Shown piece after piece: positions 39,787 through 49,758 of a DNA stretch of 64,000 nt; the stretch's first letter is position 1; every line of letters begins with the position of its first letter. The notes under the pieces are model-generated. The model was not told where the DNA came from. It did no database searches and worked only from the letters and a program-made list of their open reading frames with translations. Source of the DNA: an uncultured SAR86 cluster bacterium. Its GTDB lineage: Bacteria > Pseudomonadota > Gammaproteobacteria > Magnimaribacterales > D2472. The stretch covers positions 6,661-70,660 of the forward strand of contig CACBPP010000004.1 of NCBI GenBank assembly GCA_902541175.1, read 5' to 3'. The position numbers were made by a program, and so were the translations under genes.

Positions 39787-40963
39787 TTACACAGCCATAA
39801 ACGAAGCTGGAATAAAGAAAAAAGGAATCCTGAGTGCTGATTCAGAAAGAGAAGCAAGAAAGCTTGTAAAGGATCTTAAACTCACACCATTAAAAATATC
39901 TGAATCAAAGAATTTAGGTAAAACTCTAAGAATTAAAGATAAAGAGATTGTTTTAATGACAAGACAACTTTCAACGTTGCTTGAAGCTAGTACACCAATC
40001 GTTGATGCGATTGATATTACTTCAAAGCAACTACAGAACAAAAACCTTGTATATATATTGTTAAATTTAAAAGAGGACCTTATTCAAGGTAAAAGACTTG
40101 GTAATTCTATGAAGAAATTCCCTGGAGTTTTTTCAGATACATACATATCCATGGTGTCGGCTGGAGACTCATCAGGAAATCTTGATGTAGTATTTTCTAG
40201 ATTAGCAGACTATCTAGAGGAAAGTTCATCAATTAGACAAAAAGTAATATCTGCTCTTACTTATCCATTAATTTTAATTGGATTCTCTATAATTGTTATT
40301 ATTTCATTATTAGCATTTGTGCTTCCTCAGGTTGTAAATCAATTTATTAAAGCGGGCGCAGAATTGCCATTTATTACAAAGTTTTTAATTGGCATTTCAA
40401 ATAATATTGTCCCAATATTATTAGTTTTTTTCATATTGTCATTAGGCACATATTACCTTTACAAAAATTACGTGAAAAAAATTGAAAACAGATTATTAAT
40501 TGATAAAAAAATACTAGGCATACCGCTTTTAGGAAATTTTATATTGAATTCTGAAATAGAACGATTTTCCAGTACCATGGAGTTACTTTTAGCGTCAGGA
40601 ACTAATCTTGATATCTCTTTGGAAGAATGTTCAAAAATTTTTAATAATCAGTTTCTAGCAACCATTGTTTTGAATGCAAAAAATGACGTTGTTGAAGGAA
40701 AAGATTTCATTTCTGCTTTAAAACAAGATGGAGTTTTTCCAGATATATTTATACAACTTGTTTCAAGTGGTTATAGATCTGGAAATCTTGTAAAAATGTT
40801 TAATAAAGTTTCAAATTTCATGAAATCCGAAATTGAAAATAAAAGAGCTGTATTTTTATCACTTTTAGAGCCAATAGTAATAATTTTTATGGGCGGATTT
40901 ATTATGATGATAGTTCTAGCTATACTAATACCAATAATGCAAATGAATACGTTAGCGATATGA
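39773..40963 (+). CDS. gspF: T2SS inner-membrane platform protein
   Basis: TRQLSTLL, SAGDSSGNL, ALTYP, LLEP. Confidence 0.95.
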   Translation: MPAYSYTAINEAGIKKKGILSADSEREARKLVKDLKLTPLKISESKNLGKTLRIKDKEIVLMTRQLSTLLEASTPIVDAIDITSKQLQNKNLVYILLNLKEDLIQGKRLGNSMKKFPGVFSDTYISMVSAGDSSGNLDVVFSRLADYLEESSSIRQKVISALTYPLILIGFSIIVIISLLAFVLPQVVNQFIKAGAELPFITKFLIGISNNIVPILLVFFILSLGTYYLYKNYVKKIENRLLIDKKILGIPLLGNFILNSEIERFSSTMELLLASGTNLDISLEECSKIFNNQFLATIVLNAKNDVVEGKDFISALKQDGVFPDIFIQLVSSGYRSGNLVKMFNKVSNFMKSEIENKRAVFLSLLEPIVIIFMGGFIMMIVLAILIPIMQMNTLAI

Positions 40964-41397
40964 AAAAAAATAACAATGAAAAAGGCTTTACTTTAATAGA
41001 ATTAATGGCTGTTTTAGTTATCTTGGGTATTTTAGCTACAGTTGTTGTAGTAAGTGTAGATCCAGTATTTCAAAGAGCAAATCTTGAAAAAATTAGAGCT
41101 GATATGGCAAATACTAATAAAGCTCTAGAGTTATATAGATTTAATGAATTAACATATCCATCAACATCTCAAGGTTTAGAGGCGTTGGTCAATCCTCACT
41201 CAGAATTGAAAAATCCTTTTTTATATCCTGAGGGCGGTTATATTTCCTCAATTCCAAAAGATCCTTGGGGTAGAGAATATATCTATGAACATCCTTCAAG
41301 ACGATCTTTAAAATATGACCTATACACTTTAGGTGCAGATGGTATTGAGGGAGGATCAGGTGAGGACGCTGATGTCGGAAATTGGATGCAACAATAA
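40960..41397 (+). CDS. gspG: T2SS major pseudopilin
   Basis: KGFTLIELM, YPSTSQGLEAL, PKDPWGREY, LGADG. Confidence 0.96.
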   Translation: MKKNNNEKGFTLIELMAVLVILGILATVVVVSVDPVFQRANLEKIRADMANTNKALELYRFNELTYPSTSQGLEALVNPHSELKNPFLYPEGGYISSIPKDPWGREYIYEHPSRRSLKYDLYTLGADGIEGGSGEDADVGNWMQQ

Positions 41398-41881
41398 AGC
41401 ATATAAGAAAGGATTTACCTTAATTGAAATTCTTGTTGTTTTAATTATTATTGGAGTTGCAACAACATTAATTACTCTTAACTTCAGCTCTATAGACTCT
41501 GTAAAGAAACAAACGAATTCTTTTCATAATACTATTAGATATCTAACAGAAGAGAGTATTGTTACTGGCAGTATAATAGGACTGTATCTAAGTTCAGATT
41601 CTCAATATGCAGAATACCTTTCAAATCAAGAAACGAATGAACTAAATACAAATTTGAAAAGCGCTTTTTGGACAGATACATCCTCATTACGGAAAACATT
41701 TAAGTTTGAAGATGGCTCTGTTATAGAGCTTGTTGAGGAAAGATTTAATTATCCTACTTTAATTTTTTATCCTTCAGGCGAAAATTCAGGCGGCCGGCTA
41801 GAAATATATCACCCAAATTACATTCAAAGAATAGTTGTAAATACTAATGGATTAATAAAAGATGAAATCATCAGTTATTAA
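41372..41881 (+). CDS. gspH: T2SS minor pseudopilin H
   Basis: KKGFTLIEILVV, FYPSGE; start reassigned to ATG 41372. Confidence 0.85.
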   Translation: MSEIGCNNKAYKKGFTLIEILVVLIIIGVATTLITLNFSSIDSVKKQTNSFHNTIRYLTEESIVTGSIIGLYLSSDSQYAEYLSNQETNELNTNLKSAFWTDTSSLRKTFKFEDGSVIELVEERFNYPTLIFYPSGENSGGRLEIYHPNYIQRIVVNTNGLIKDEIISY

Positions 41882-42230
41882 TAGAGGATTTAGTCTAATT
41901 GAGGTTGTGGTTGCTCTTTTTATATTTAGCATTTCTGTAATAACAATTTATAATCTCATATTATCGACAGCAGCCTCAAGCTTTGATTTAGAACAAAGAT
42001 ATCTTGCAAAGGAAGTAGCTAATAATCGTATATCACTAATAAATACCATTGAAAAATCTTCAAGACCAATTGAAAGAAGTGGTGAAATGATTATGGGCGG
42101 CCAAAAATGGAAATGGGATGAGATAATTAATATTAGCTCAAATGACGAATTTTTTGAATATACAATTTCTGTGAAAAGTTTTGATAGTGATTCCTACATT
42201 TACTCAATAAATGGATATTATACAAAATGA
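41862..42230 (+). CDS. gspI: T2SS minor pseudopilin I
   Basis: RGFSLIEVVVAL, LAKEVANN, GGQKWKW. Confidence 0.9.
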   Translation: MKSSVINRGFSLIEVVVALFIFSISVITIYNLILSTAASSFDLEQRYLAKEVANNRISLINTIEKSSRPIERSGEMIMGGQKWKWDEIINISSNDEFFEYTISVKSFDSDSYIYSINGYYTK

Positions 42231-42820
42231 GAAAGGGCTTTACTTTAATTGAAGTTCTAGTTTCATTAGTAATTCTTTCAATGATTGCAGTAATTTCATC
42301 AAATATCCTTCAATCATCCCTAGAAACTGAATTTAACTCATCTGAAAGATTACATTCTGCAAGAAAATTAAATTTTTCATCAATAACTTTAAGAAGAGAT
42401 ATTAGGCAAATAATTAATGTGCCACTAAGAGATTTTTATGGAAATCAAATAAAAGGAACATTTATTGGAAATAATATTGATAATAAGATTGCTTTTAACA
42501 CTAAAATAAAATCAATATCTAATGAAATATCTCCCATAAAGAGAGTCGAATATGTATTTGAGGAAAATAACTTAGTAAGAAAACAGTTTTACTCTTCCAA
42601 TCCATATGATGCTGAGGAATTTATAAAATCAGTTTTAATTGAAGAAGTTTCTGAAATAGATATAAGATTTTTGCATGAGAAAATATGGTATCAAGAATGG
42701 CCGGTCGACCCAATCACTCAAAGAAAAATTCCAGAATTAATAAAGCTCGAGTTTACAAAAAATAATAAAGAATATACATGGATAATAGAACCAAATTTTG
42801 ATTATGTCTTCAAGTACTAA
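42227..42820 (+). CDS. gspJ: T2SS minor pseudopilin J
   Basis: KGFTLIEVLVSL, RRDIRQ, RVEY, W..EWP. Confidence 0.9.
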   Translation: MRKGFTLIEVLVSLVILSMIAVISSNILQSSLETEFNSSERLHSARKLNFSSITLRRDIRQIINVPLRDFYGNQIKGTFIGNNIDNKIAFNTKIKSISNEISPIKRVEYVFEENNLVRKQFYSSNPYDAEEFIKSVLIEEVSEIDIRFLHEKIWYQEWPVDPITQRKIPELIKLEFTKNNKEYTWIIEPNFDYVFKY

Positions 42821-43772
42821 AGGAGTTGTTCTCATTTCAATACTCCTGATGGTTTTACTATTATCATCAGTAGCAATATTATTTGGGAATAAATATTTCT
42901 TATCATTAAAGAGGGCTCAATACATAGAATTTCAGGCTTTATCTTTAAATATTTTTAGGAATCTAGAATCTTTATCAAAAGATAAGATAGAAACAGAATT
43001 GAGATTTAATTCAAATAAATTATCTAAAAATAATCCAATTTTAAAAGAACCATTTGTGTTTAATTTAAATGGGGCAGAAGTCATTACCAAGATATTAGAT
43101 GGAAGTAATTGTTTTAATATTAATTCAATAGTTATCTTAAATGATGGTAAATTTGTAGAAAATAAAAATTCCACAGCCGCATTAAGAAAAATTCTATTTC
43201 TAGAGGAAATTGATAACAACATAATTGAAGAAGTTATTGATCAAGTCATTGATTGGATAGATAAAGATACAAATCCTAGAGCTTATGGATTAGAAGATTA
43301 TTATTATTCTGGTCCATTACATAATCCAAGAGAATATACGGGCATGAGGTTAATGGTTTCTATAGATGAATTAAAAAGCCTTCCTGCAGTAAAGAAAGTT
43401 AATTGGGAAATATTCAGTAAGCATTTTTGCGCAATGCCTGAAGCAAATAAAATCTCACTTAATGTGAATACTCTTGATTTAGAGGATGTTTTTCTTCTTA
43501 GTTCTATTTTTCCAAATCTGCCTATCAAAGATGCTCAATACATTATTGAAAATATTCCTTTATCTGGTTTTGATGACATAAATAGTTTTATGAAGAGTTT
43601 TCCAAATATAGATTTTAATGATCCAAATGGCGAGCTTAAATTTTTATCGAATATTTTTGAAATCAATACAGAGATCATTTTTAATGAATTTACATCTTCT
43701 TCCTCAAGCAAAATAATTTATGGAAATAATAATAATGGTTTTATTATTTCAAGAATTTATAATGGAATCTAA
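42804..43772 (+). CDS. gspK: T2SS minor pseudopilin K
   Basis: KGVVLISILL (no Glu5), FNIN, IDWIDKD, LNVNT. Confidence 0.9.
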   Translation: MSSSTKGVVLISILLMVLLLSSVAILFGNKYFLSLKRAQYIEFQALSLNIFRNLESLSKDKIETELRFNSNKLSKNNPILKEPFVFNLNGAEVITKILDGSNCFNINSIVILNDGKFVENKNSTAALRKILFLEEIDNNIIEEVIDQVIDWIDKDTNPRAYGLEDYYYSGPLHNPREYTGMRLMVSIDELKSLPAVKKVNWEIFSKHFCAMPEANKISLNVNTLDLEDVFLLSSIFPNLPIKDAQYIIENIPLSGFDDINSFMKSFPNIDFNDPNGELKFLSNIFEINTEIIFNEFTSSSSSKIIYGNNNNGFIISRIYNGI

Positions 43773-44929
43773 TGAATACAATTATTGCATATCCAAATAA
43801 TCTAGATTTTAGCAATGGAAATTATCATCAAAGTTCTGATAATTTTAAAAAAGCAAATAAATTTTTAGATTTTAATGAATTTCAATCTTTAACACATAAA
43901 GATACATTTATTTATTTAATTCCCTCATCAATTATTGGAAATTATGTTTTTGAAAGTAACAAAAATCTATCAAAGCAGAATAATTTAGCGAATTTCATAT
44001 CTGAGATTGATACATACATAGTTAGTGATATTTCTAAAAATGAATTTTTTATTTCTGATCAAAATGGCTTTGTAATAGATAAATCACTTTACAAAAAAAT
44101 TAATAATCTTTTAAATTCGTTAAATTGTAAAGTTATCGCAATACCCGATTATTTTCTAAATAATAAAACAGACAAAGATACTATCACTGAATTTAATGAT
44201 AATTTTTTGTTTTCATTTAAAGATGGCACTGGTGGATCAATTGACCATGATTCTCTTAAACAGTATTTAGATACAGTAAAATCATCTCATCCAGATTTTA
44301 ATCCAGACGTTTTCTCAGATAAAAATATAAAAGAATTACAAACTTTTAACATTAATAAGAATATTAAAGTACCTGAATTCTTAAAAAATATGAAACCTGA
44401 TTTACCTAATTTATTTAAATTCAAATTTACAATTAAAAATATCTTCAATAAATTGAGTTTTTCTAGGACAGAGATGTACTTATGTATTTTGTTATTAGTA
44501 TCCTGTTTATCTTTACCACATGTGTTTATTGCTCAAAATAACAAACATATCAATATATATGAGTCAGAGACATTCAATATTTTTAGATCGATAGATAAGA
44601 ATACAAAAAAGATTGTGACACCGAAATTACAAATGGATCAATTACTAGAACAAATATCAGTTTCATCTTTGGTTCAAGCCAAAGATATAAAATCAAATTT
44701 CGCAAATTTTAGGTTTTTGATATCAATAGGTGACGACTATTTAAATAATGTTCAAATCGATTTTAACTCAAATGAGGCTACTTTATCTTTTATTAATTTA
44801 CCGGATTTACAGTATCGCTTATTAAAAAATTCAGCAACAAGCTTCAATATTGAGATCCTTAATGAGGATATATTAAATAATGAAAATAAAATAAATGGTC
44901 AAATCAAAATTGGATTTAATAATGAATAA
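43772..44929 (+). CDS. gspL: T2SS protein L (divergent)
   Basis: Position after gspK; cytoplasmic domain with IPDYF, single TM, periplasmic tail (TPKLQM). Confidence 0.7.
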   Translation: MNTIIAYPNNLDFSNGNYHQSSDNFKKANKFLDFNEFQSLTHKDTFIYLIPSSIIGNYVFESNKNLSKQNNLANFISEIDTYIVSDISKNEFFISDQNGFVIDKSLYKKINNLLNSLNCKVIAIPDYFLNNKTDKDTITEFNDNFLFSFKDGTGGSIDHDSLKQYLDTVKSSHPDFNPDVFSDKNIKELQTFNINKNIKVPEFLKNMKPDLPNLFKFKFTIKNIFNKLSFSRTEMYLCILLLVSCLSLPHVFIAQNNKHINIYESETFNIFRSIDKNTKKIVTPKLQMDQLLEQISVSSLVQAKDIKSNFANFRFLISIGDDYLNNVQIDFNSNEATLSFINLPDLQYRLLKNSATSFNIEILNEDILNNENKINGQIKIGFNNE

Positions 44930-45371
44930 CTTTTTTGGTAATTTAAATACAAGAGAAAAAAATTTAATTTTAGCTGCATCATTTCTGATAGCTACAGTTA
45001 TTGTTTTTTTAACAATTAACAATACTATGCAAAGTTTAAGCTTTTCATCAAAAAGGCTAGAAAAAGCTAAGACTGATTATGAGTACGTAGCTACAAAAGC
45101 AGAGCAACTTAGCAATGCATTGATTAATCAGTCAAATGATCCAACCGAGATAAAATCATTTTTAGATAATACTATAGATTTAGAAATAAAAAATCTTAAG
45201 ATAGCTAAAATTGAAAATTATTTAAAAATTTCTTTTGAAACCATCAATTTAAAAGAATCAATTTCTATTGCAGATGAGATAGCATCAATGCTGAACAAAG
45301 ATTTTAGTAAAGTAACTTATTCAAAAAACGAGAAGGGATCTGTTACAGAGCTTTTTATAATCAATCCTTAA
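44922..45371 (+). CDS. gspM: T2SS protein M
   Basis: LNTREKNLI followed by a TM; position after gspL. Confidence 0.7.
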   Translation: MNNFFGNLNTREKNLILAASFLIATVIVFLTINNTMQSLSFSSKRLEKAKTDYEYVATKAEQLSNALINQSNDPTEIKSFLDNTIDLEIKNLKIAKIENYLKISFETINLKESISIADEIASMLNKDFSKVTYSKNEKGSVTELFIINP

Positions 45372-45996
45372 AGAAAAATTTATAAAATATAAACGCTATA
45401 ATTGATCCGACAATCTGTGCCACACAAAATAAGAAAACATTTTCGGGACTTATACCAGCAAAGCTGTCAGAGAACATACGTCCAATCGTCCCGGCCAGGT
45501 TTGCAAATGAAGTAGATGACGTAAACCAATATGCTGAACCAATGTATGATGCAACAATTAACGCAATCTTTTCTTTGCTTGAAATTAATATAAAAAATAC
45601 TAACCCAAAAGTAGCAATAATTTCGGAAAGATAAATATTGAATCCAGACCTGTTTTTATTAGAGAGCTGAAATAATTCAACATCAAACATAATATTTGCA
45701 GTCAAAACTCCAATGATTGCTCCTAAAATCTGCAAAAGTGTAAATAGTACAAACGTTTTAAAAGAAATTTCTTTGTTTAAAAAAAATGCTAGAGATACAA
45801 CTGGATTAAAATGATTACTGTATGACTCAAATGATGAAATTAAGAAATAAAGAGCGAAAAAAGTTATAACAGCATTAACAAACAAAATAATTGATTCATC
45901 ATTGGTAAGTGATTGACCCATTATTCCGGAGCCCACAACTGCACAGAATAGAAAAGCTGTTCCTAAAAACTCAGAAATATATTTATTTAATTTCAT
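45361..45996 (-). CDS. MIP-family channel (AqpS-like) with non-canonical NPA motifs
   Basis: SEFLGTAFL..VVGSGIMG, HFNPVVS, YWFTSSTSFANLAGTIGR. Confidence 0.85.
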   Translation of the reverse strand: MKLNKYISEFLGTAFLFCAVVGSGIMGQSLTNDESIILFVNAVITFFALYFLISSFESYSNHFNPVVSLAFFLNKEISFKTFVLFTLLQILGAIIGVLTANIMFDVELFQLSNKNRSGFNIYLSEIIATFGLVFFILISSKEKIALIVASYIGSAYWFTSSTSFANLAGTIGRMFSDSFAGISPENVFLFCVAQIVGSIIAFIFYKFFFKD

Positions 45997-46856
45997 TTTT
46001 CATTATATATTGATATTTTTTTTGAATAAATTTCATGGAAAATTTTAACTGCAATTGAATCAGAGACACCCCATTTGGTTGATTGTATAGTTTTAATCTC
46101 TAATTTTTTTATAATTCTCTCATAGATTTTTAATCCAAAATCAATGACGTCAGCTCTATCATTTGCAAATCCATACTTGTTAATTTTTTCTTCTATTTCA
46201 AGATTTCTTAGATTCTTATATTTTTTTAAAAAATCATCAGATTTCATTTTTTTTAATTTATGAGCATTTAAAAAGGCTCTAATGTTACCTCCAAGTCCTA
46301 TGATCTCTGTTATATCATTGAATTGCTTTAACCATTTATCCAATCTATCCCATTCTTTTCTCTTATCTTTTTTAAGCATTAATCTAACACCACCTAATTG
46401 AAAAGATTGAATTGAATGTTTTGGATTATTGTAAATATAGATCTCAGTACTTCCCCCACCAACATCAACATATGCTTTATTATTTTCTTTTTGTGCCTTT
46501 GGATGAAAACCTATTAACTGAGCTTCTTCAAGACCTGAAATTATTCGAATTGGATGTTCAATTTTATTTTCTATATATGTTCTTGCTTCTTCCGAGTTAG
46601 TGGTATTTCTTAATGCGCTAGTAGCAATAATTTCGTATTGATCAATTTTATCTTTAGTAAATTTTTTCTGATATCTTTTTAGCGTACTTACTAATTCTCT
46701 TAGTTTTTTATCAGATATCTTTCCCCCTTCAAAAACTTCTGCTCCAAGACGAATTGGGGAACGTATTCCATCAATAAACTTAATTGAGGTGGGTGTTGTT
46801 TCAAAAATCTTAGATTTTACTGCATTTGTGCCAATATCTACGGAAGCAATTTTCAT
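45993..46856 (-). CDS. ppx: Exopolyphosphatase (Ppx/GppA family, no HD domain)
   Basis: VDIGTNAV, ATSALR, ISGLEEA, DVGGGSTE, DRADVI. Confidence 0.9.
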   Translation of the reverse strand: MKIASVDIGTNAVKSKIFETTPTSIKFIDGIRSPIRLGAEVFEGGKISDKKLRELVSTLKRYQKKFTKDKIDQYEIIATSALRNTTNSEEARTYIENKIEHPIRIISGLEEAQLIGFHPKAQKENNKAYVDVGGGSTEIYIYNNPKHSIQSFQLGGVRLMLKKDKRKEWDRLDKWLKQFNDITEIIGLGGNIRAFLNAHKLKKMKSDDFLKKYKNLRNLEIEEKINKYGFANDRADVIDFGLKIYERIIKKLEIKTIQSTKWGVSDSIAVKIFHEIYSKKISIYNEK

Positions 46857-47695
46857 TATATGTCGTCGCTATATTTGCTTATGATCATAAATTGCTCATA
46901 TGAAAGGTTGTCAAATTTTACTCCTTCTAGACTTGTTGAATAATTATTTAGAGACTTTGACCATTTTGCAGGCTTAAGAATCTTCTTCCCATGATATTCA
47001 GTTTTATTCAATAGATATCTTAGTGATGTTAACCGCGCAATCATTTTATTATTCGAATTAATTGAAACCCATGGACTAACTTCAGTTCCAGTTTTTTCAA
47101 ACATCTGCTCTTTGTATAATGTGAAGGCGTTCCATTTAGTAATTACTTTTTCATCATTTTTTGTAAGCTTCCAATACTTAAGTTCAGAATTTTTTCTTGC
47201 TTTCATTCTAATTTTTTGTTGATCTTTTGATAGTGAAAAATAAAATTTTGTTAATTCAACTCCATCACTTATTAATTGCTCTTCCCAATTATTAACTTTT
47301 TTCATAAACGCTCTGTATTGATTTTCAGTGCAATAACCCATAATGGGTTCAGTTATTGCTCGTGTATACCAAGATCTGTCAAGAAATGAAATTTGACCGC
47401 TATTTGGAATTACCTTTTTCCATCTCTGGAACCAGTGAGATGATTCCCATTTTGTTGGAATTCCTAGCTGAATGTAATTAAAATGTTTTGGCATTAAGTA
47501 TTCTGAAAAGAATCTAATTGCTGTACTTTTGCCAGCAGTGTCTCTGCCCTCAAATACGATACATATTCTTCTATTATTTTTAATTACATCTTCTTGAAGT
47601 TTCAAAAATTCAATTCTTAGTCTTCTTTTTTCTAAATCGTAAGATTTTGCATCAAGTTTTTTATAATCAGTTTGATCTAAATTTATAATTTTCAT
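46856..47695 (-). CDS. ppk2: Polyphosphate kinase 2
   Basis: FEGRDTAGKST, DRSWYTRA..EPIMG, WKL. Confidence 0.93.
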   Translation of the reverse strand: MKIINLDQTDYKKLDAKSYDLEKRRLRIEFLKLQEDVIKNNRRICIVFEGRDTAGKSTAIRFFSEYLMPKHFNYIQLGIPTKWESSHWFQRWKKVIPNSGQISFLDRSWYTRAITEPIMGYCTENQYRAFMKKVNNWEEQLISDGVELTKFYFSLSKDQQKIRMKARKNSELKYWKLTKNDEKVITKWNAFTLYKEQMFEKTGTEVSPWVSINSNNKMIARLTSLRYLLNKTEYHGKKILKPAKWSKSLNNYSTSLEGVKFDNLSYEQFMIISKYSDDI

Positions 47696-47784
47696 TTTCT
47701 ATTTAAATTAGATGACACCTAAAAGTTTTATATTCTTAACACAAATGATAACATTTAAGCGTAAAATTTTTTCTCATAAATAAT

Positions 47785-49032
47785 ATGGAAACTCTGTTCT
47801 TAAGCCCTCTTGTAATAGTAATTATAGCATCTATAGTTGGGTTCTTTATGGCATATGGAATAGGTGCCAATGATGTTGCAAATGCTATGGGAACTTCAGT
47901 TGGAAGCAAGGCAATTACTCTAAAACAGGCTATTATTATTGCTGCAATATTTGAATTTCTTGGAGCATATTTTGGAGGTGGTGAAGTTACCTCAACAATA
48001 AGAAAAGGAATTGTTGACCCAACAATTTATGAGGATGCAAATAAATTTATTATTGGAATGTTATCGTCATTATTAGCCGCAGGAACATGGTTAATTATTG
48101 CCTCAAGAAGAGGCTGGCCAGTCTCCACAACTCATTCAATCGTTGGTGCAATAATTGGTTTTGTTTCAATTTCAAAAGGAGTGATTTATGTATCTTGGGG
48201 GACAGTAGGTGGCATAGCTTCAAGTTGGGTAACATCGCCAGTAATTGCAGGATTCCTAGCATTTTTAATTTATTTAAGTGCAAAAAAATCCATTCTTGAT
48301 AGTGCTAATCCAGGTGGAAGAGCCGTTAAAATAATTCCTATATATAGTTTTTATGTTGCTTTTATTATTTCATTAGTTATAGCAAGAAAAGGACTGAAAA
48401 ATATAGGACTTGAGTTATCAGAGTCAGATGTATATATGTTTAGTTCAATTTTTGGAATTATTGCAGCTGCAATTACTTATACTCTTTTAAGACAGAATTT
48501 TTCAAAAATCAAAGAAAATGGAATTGAATCTGCATTTGCAATTTTAATGATTGTCTCGGCATGTGCAATGGCTTTTGCTCATGGCTCAAATGATGTTGCT
48601 AATGCAATTGGACCTCTTGCAGCAATCGTTTCCACTGTAAATTCAAATGGTATTATAGATACTTCGTCTCCAGTTCAAGCTTGGATTCTTTTTTTAGGTG
48701 CAACAGGGATTGTTTTTGGTTTAAGCATGCTTGGAAAAAATGTAATAAAAACTGTAGGAGAAAAAATTACTGCATTAAAGCCTAGTCTTGGTTTTTCAGC
48801 TGAACTTGCTACAGCAACTACAGTTGTTGTTGCTTCTTACGTTGGATTTCCAATTTCAACTACTCATACACTAGTTGGAGGAGTTATTGGAGTTGGATTG
48901 GCAAAAGGGGCTAAACATTTAAATACTAAGTCAATAACAAGAATTATTACTTCATGGTTAATTACAATTCCAATTGGAGCTTTTTTAACAATCTTGTATT
49001 GGGTTTTTCTAAGATTAATATTCGGAGTTTGA
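47785..49032 (+). CDS. pit: Inorganic phosphate transporter (PiT family)
   Basis: GANDVANAMGTSVG, PVSTTHSIVG, HGSNDVANAIGP, PISTTH. Confidence 0.95.
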   Translation: METLFLSPLVIVIIASIVGFFMAYGIGANDVANAMGTSVGSKAITLKQAIIIAAIFEFLGAYFGGGEVTSTIRKGIVDPTIYEDANKFIIGMLSSLLAAGTWLIIASRRGWPVSTTHSIVGAIIGFVSISKGVIYVSWGTVGGIASSWVTSPVIAGFLAFLIYLSAKKSILDSANPGGRAVKIIPIYSFYVAFIISLVIARKGLKNIGLELSESDVYMFSSIFGIIAAAITYTLLRQNFSKIKENGIESAFAILMIVSACAMAFAHGSNDVANAIGPLAAIVSTVNSNGIIDTSSPVQAWILFLGATGIVFGLSMLGKNVIKTVGEKITALKPSLGFSAELATATTVVVASYVGFPISTTHTLVGGVIGVGLAKGAKHLNTKSITRIITSWLITIPIGAFLTILYWVFLRLIFGV

Positions 49033-49034
49033 TT

Positions 49035-49628
49035 TTACCTTTTTATCCAGCTGGTCATGTATGCAACCACAGCTCTAGATGCTTCAATTTTTCCAATATC
49101 ATTTAATTTACCACTTTCTTTTGTGTTTAATGAAAATATTGAAAGAATAATTTGAGCTACAACTCTGCAAACACCTTCTTTATTAAAAACATTATCGAGA
49201 CTTATGGATTCTTCGTAAGTTTCTTGAATGACATTACCTAACTGATGAATTGAATCTGAGTCTAAAGGCGGATTTATGGTATTACTAAGAATTAATTTTT
49301 GTGCTATTGAAGAATAAAAGAAATATTCATAAATATTATAAATAATATAATTTGTAACTTTTATAAGATCTCCTTTATCACTATCACTTAAGATGTTTTT
49401 TGAAAAGTTTTCTAGACACTCATTAATACATTTTAAGATTATTAGTTTTTTTAAGAAATCTACAGTTGGTATGAATTTATAAGTCGATGTTCTTTTTAAA
49501 CCAGATTTTTCTGCTACTTTTGCAAGAGTAAGATCATCAATCTCACCATCTTCAACAATATTAATTGCAGCATCAATTATTTTATTAATTCTTTCTTTGC
49601 TTCTGTCTTGTTTTGCTAAAGTCTCCAC
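49035..49628 (-). CDS. TetR-family regulator
   Basis: QDRSKERINKIIDAA...LTLAKVAEKSGLKRTSTYKF helix-turn-helix. Confidence 0.85.
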   Translation of the reverse strand: METLAKQDRSKERINKIIDAAINIVEDGEIDDLTLAKVAEKSGLKRTSTYKFIPTVDFLKKLIILKCINECLENFSKNILSDSDKGDLIKVTNYIIYNIYEYFFYSSIAQKLILSNTINPPLDSDSIHQLGNVIQETYEESISLDNVFNKEGVCRVVAQIILSIFSLNTKESGKLNDIGKIEASRAVVAYMTSWIKR

Positions 49629-49638
49629 TATTTAATTA

Positions 49639-49652
49639 TGGACAAATGTCTA
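49639..49652. promoter_or_regulatory. Possible TetR operator
   Basis: Palindrome tgGACA-AA-TGTCta overlapping the -10 of the TetR gene. Confidence 0.35.
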
Positions 49653-49680
49653 TAAATGTAAACATAAAAGAACTTAAAAA

Positions 49681-49702
49681 ATTCACATAATGTTCACAAA
49701 TT
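49681..49702 (+). promoter_or_regulatory. Pho-box-like direct repeat upstream of the TBDR-phytase operon
   Basis: TTCACA at 49682 and 49693 (11-bp period): ATTCACATAAT-GTTCACAAATT. Confidence 0.5.
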
Positions 49703-49758
49703 AATGTTATTTCTGTTGCACTCCAAATTTAAAATTTCTGCATTATATTGGAGATTTC

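Noticed and set aside
47735-47754. Pho box upstream of pit
   Set aside because: TAACA half-sites are 12 bp apart rather than 11 and match poorly in AT-rich DNA.
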